From Marinospirillum sp. (GTDB lineage Bacteria; Pseudomonadota; Gammaproteobacteria; Pseudomonadales; Halomonadaceae), in contig SKHR01000140.1 in NCBI GenBank assembly GCA_007116865.1, positions 1 to 35,106 of the forward strand: a stretch of DNA of 35,106 bases. The letters run 5' to 3'. The position numbers and the translations under genes were made by a program. The notes below the pieces were generated by a model. That model saw nothing but the letters and a program-made list of their open reading frames with translations, was not told where the DNA came from and did not search any database. The first letter of the stretch is position 1. Each line of letters starts with the position of its first letter. Positions 34,496 through 35,106 of the stretch are shown here, in pieces.

Positions 34496-35106
34496 ATGTC
34501 TCTGTCTGGATTGAATGCCCCTGAATTACGTGCTGTGACGGGTTTGGCGAGTCTTTATGGCTTGCGCATGCTGGGCCTGTTCATGGTGCTGCCGGTCTTG
34601 CCTTTGCTGGCCGCCGACCTGGATGGCGCGACCCCGGTTGCGCTGGGTCTGGTGATCGGGATCTATGGTCTGACCCAAGCCATCTTGCAGCTTCCCTTTG
34701 GCTGGTTATCGGATCGCGTTGGACGCAAGCCGCTGATTTTTATCGGGCTTGGGTTGTTTGCCCTGGGCAGTCTGGTGGCTGCGCTGGCGGATAGTCTGAC
34801 CGGGCTGGTGATCGGTCGTGCGCTGCAGGGCAGTGGTGCCATTGCCAGCGTGCTGATGGCGCTGCTGGCAGACTTGACCCGTGATGAGAAGCGTACCCAG
34901 GCCATGGCCAGTGTTGGTCTGAGCATCGGTCTGGCCTTTATTCTTGCCATGGCGTTGGGTCCCTGGCTGGCTGGTTGGCTGGGTTTGTCCGGTTTGTTCT
35001 GGCTGATTTTTTTGCTCACACTACTGGGAATGGGGGTGCTGTGGCGCTGGGTGCCCACCCCGACACGAGTACGCAGCCACCTGGATGCGGGTATTCAGCC
35101 TCAGGA
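34496..35106 (+). CDS. MFS transporter, YajR-like (partial, runs off window; not in ORF track)
   Basis: Hand translation MSLSGLNAPELRAVTGLASLYGLRMLGLFMVLPVL...GWLSDRVGRKP (MFS motif A); divergent from uvrA as in the common uvrA-MFS-ssb arrangement. Confidence 0.9.
   Translation, partial: MSLSGLNAPELRAVTGLASLYGLRMLGLFMVLPVLPLLAADLDGATPVALGLVIGIYGLTQAILQLPFGWLSDRVGRKPLIFIGLGLFALGSLVAALADSLTGLVIGRALQGSGAIASVLMALLADLTRDEKRTQAMASVGLSIGLAFILAMALGPWLAGWLGLSGLFWLIFLLTLLGMGVLWRWVPTPTRVRSHLDAGIQPQ

Noticed and set aside
34663-35058. 131-aa minus-strand ORF
   Set aside because: Antisense shadow of the partial MFS gene on the plus strand
31474-35106. Apparently more GC-rich composition after rplQ as a sign of horizontal transfer
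   Set aside because: Explained by ordinary versus highly expressed codon usage; uvrA-MFS is core and no mobility genes or att repeats are visible

Overview
Core-genome window from a gammaproteobacterium; gene order and protein style suggest a Pseudomonadales/Oceanospirillales (Marinobacter/Hahella-like) lineage, which is inference. It holds the uninterrupted translation/transcription supercluster: end of birA, coaX, tRNA-Tyr/Gly/Thr/Trp, secE-nusG, rplKAJL, rpoBC, rpsLG-fusA-tuf, then the S10, spc and alpha gene blocks. A convergent uvrA and the start of a YajR-like MFS gene follow. I saw no mobile elements, CRISPR or accessory genes. The most interesting signal is non-coding. The rpsJ-rplC spacer contains a 51-nt element (18135-18185) that looks like a structure-preserving copy of 23S rRNA helices 18-20, the L4/L24 binding site, ending just before the rplC Shine-Dalgarno. 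The S10 promoter leader is too short for the E. coli L4 attenuator. Together these suggest an internal rRNA-mimic autoregulatory operator that exempts rpsJ/NusE. Also notable: no tufB copy between tRNA-Thr and tRNA-Trp, and an alpha-operon promoter embedded in an 11-bp inverted repeat. All comparisons to other organisms' sequences are from memory, not from searches.
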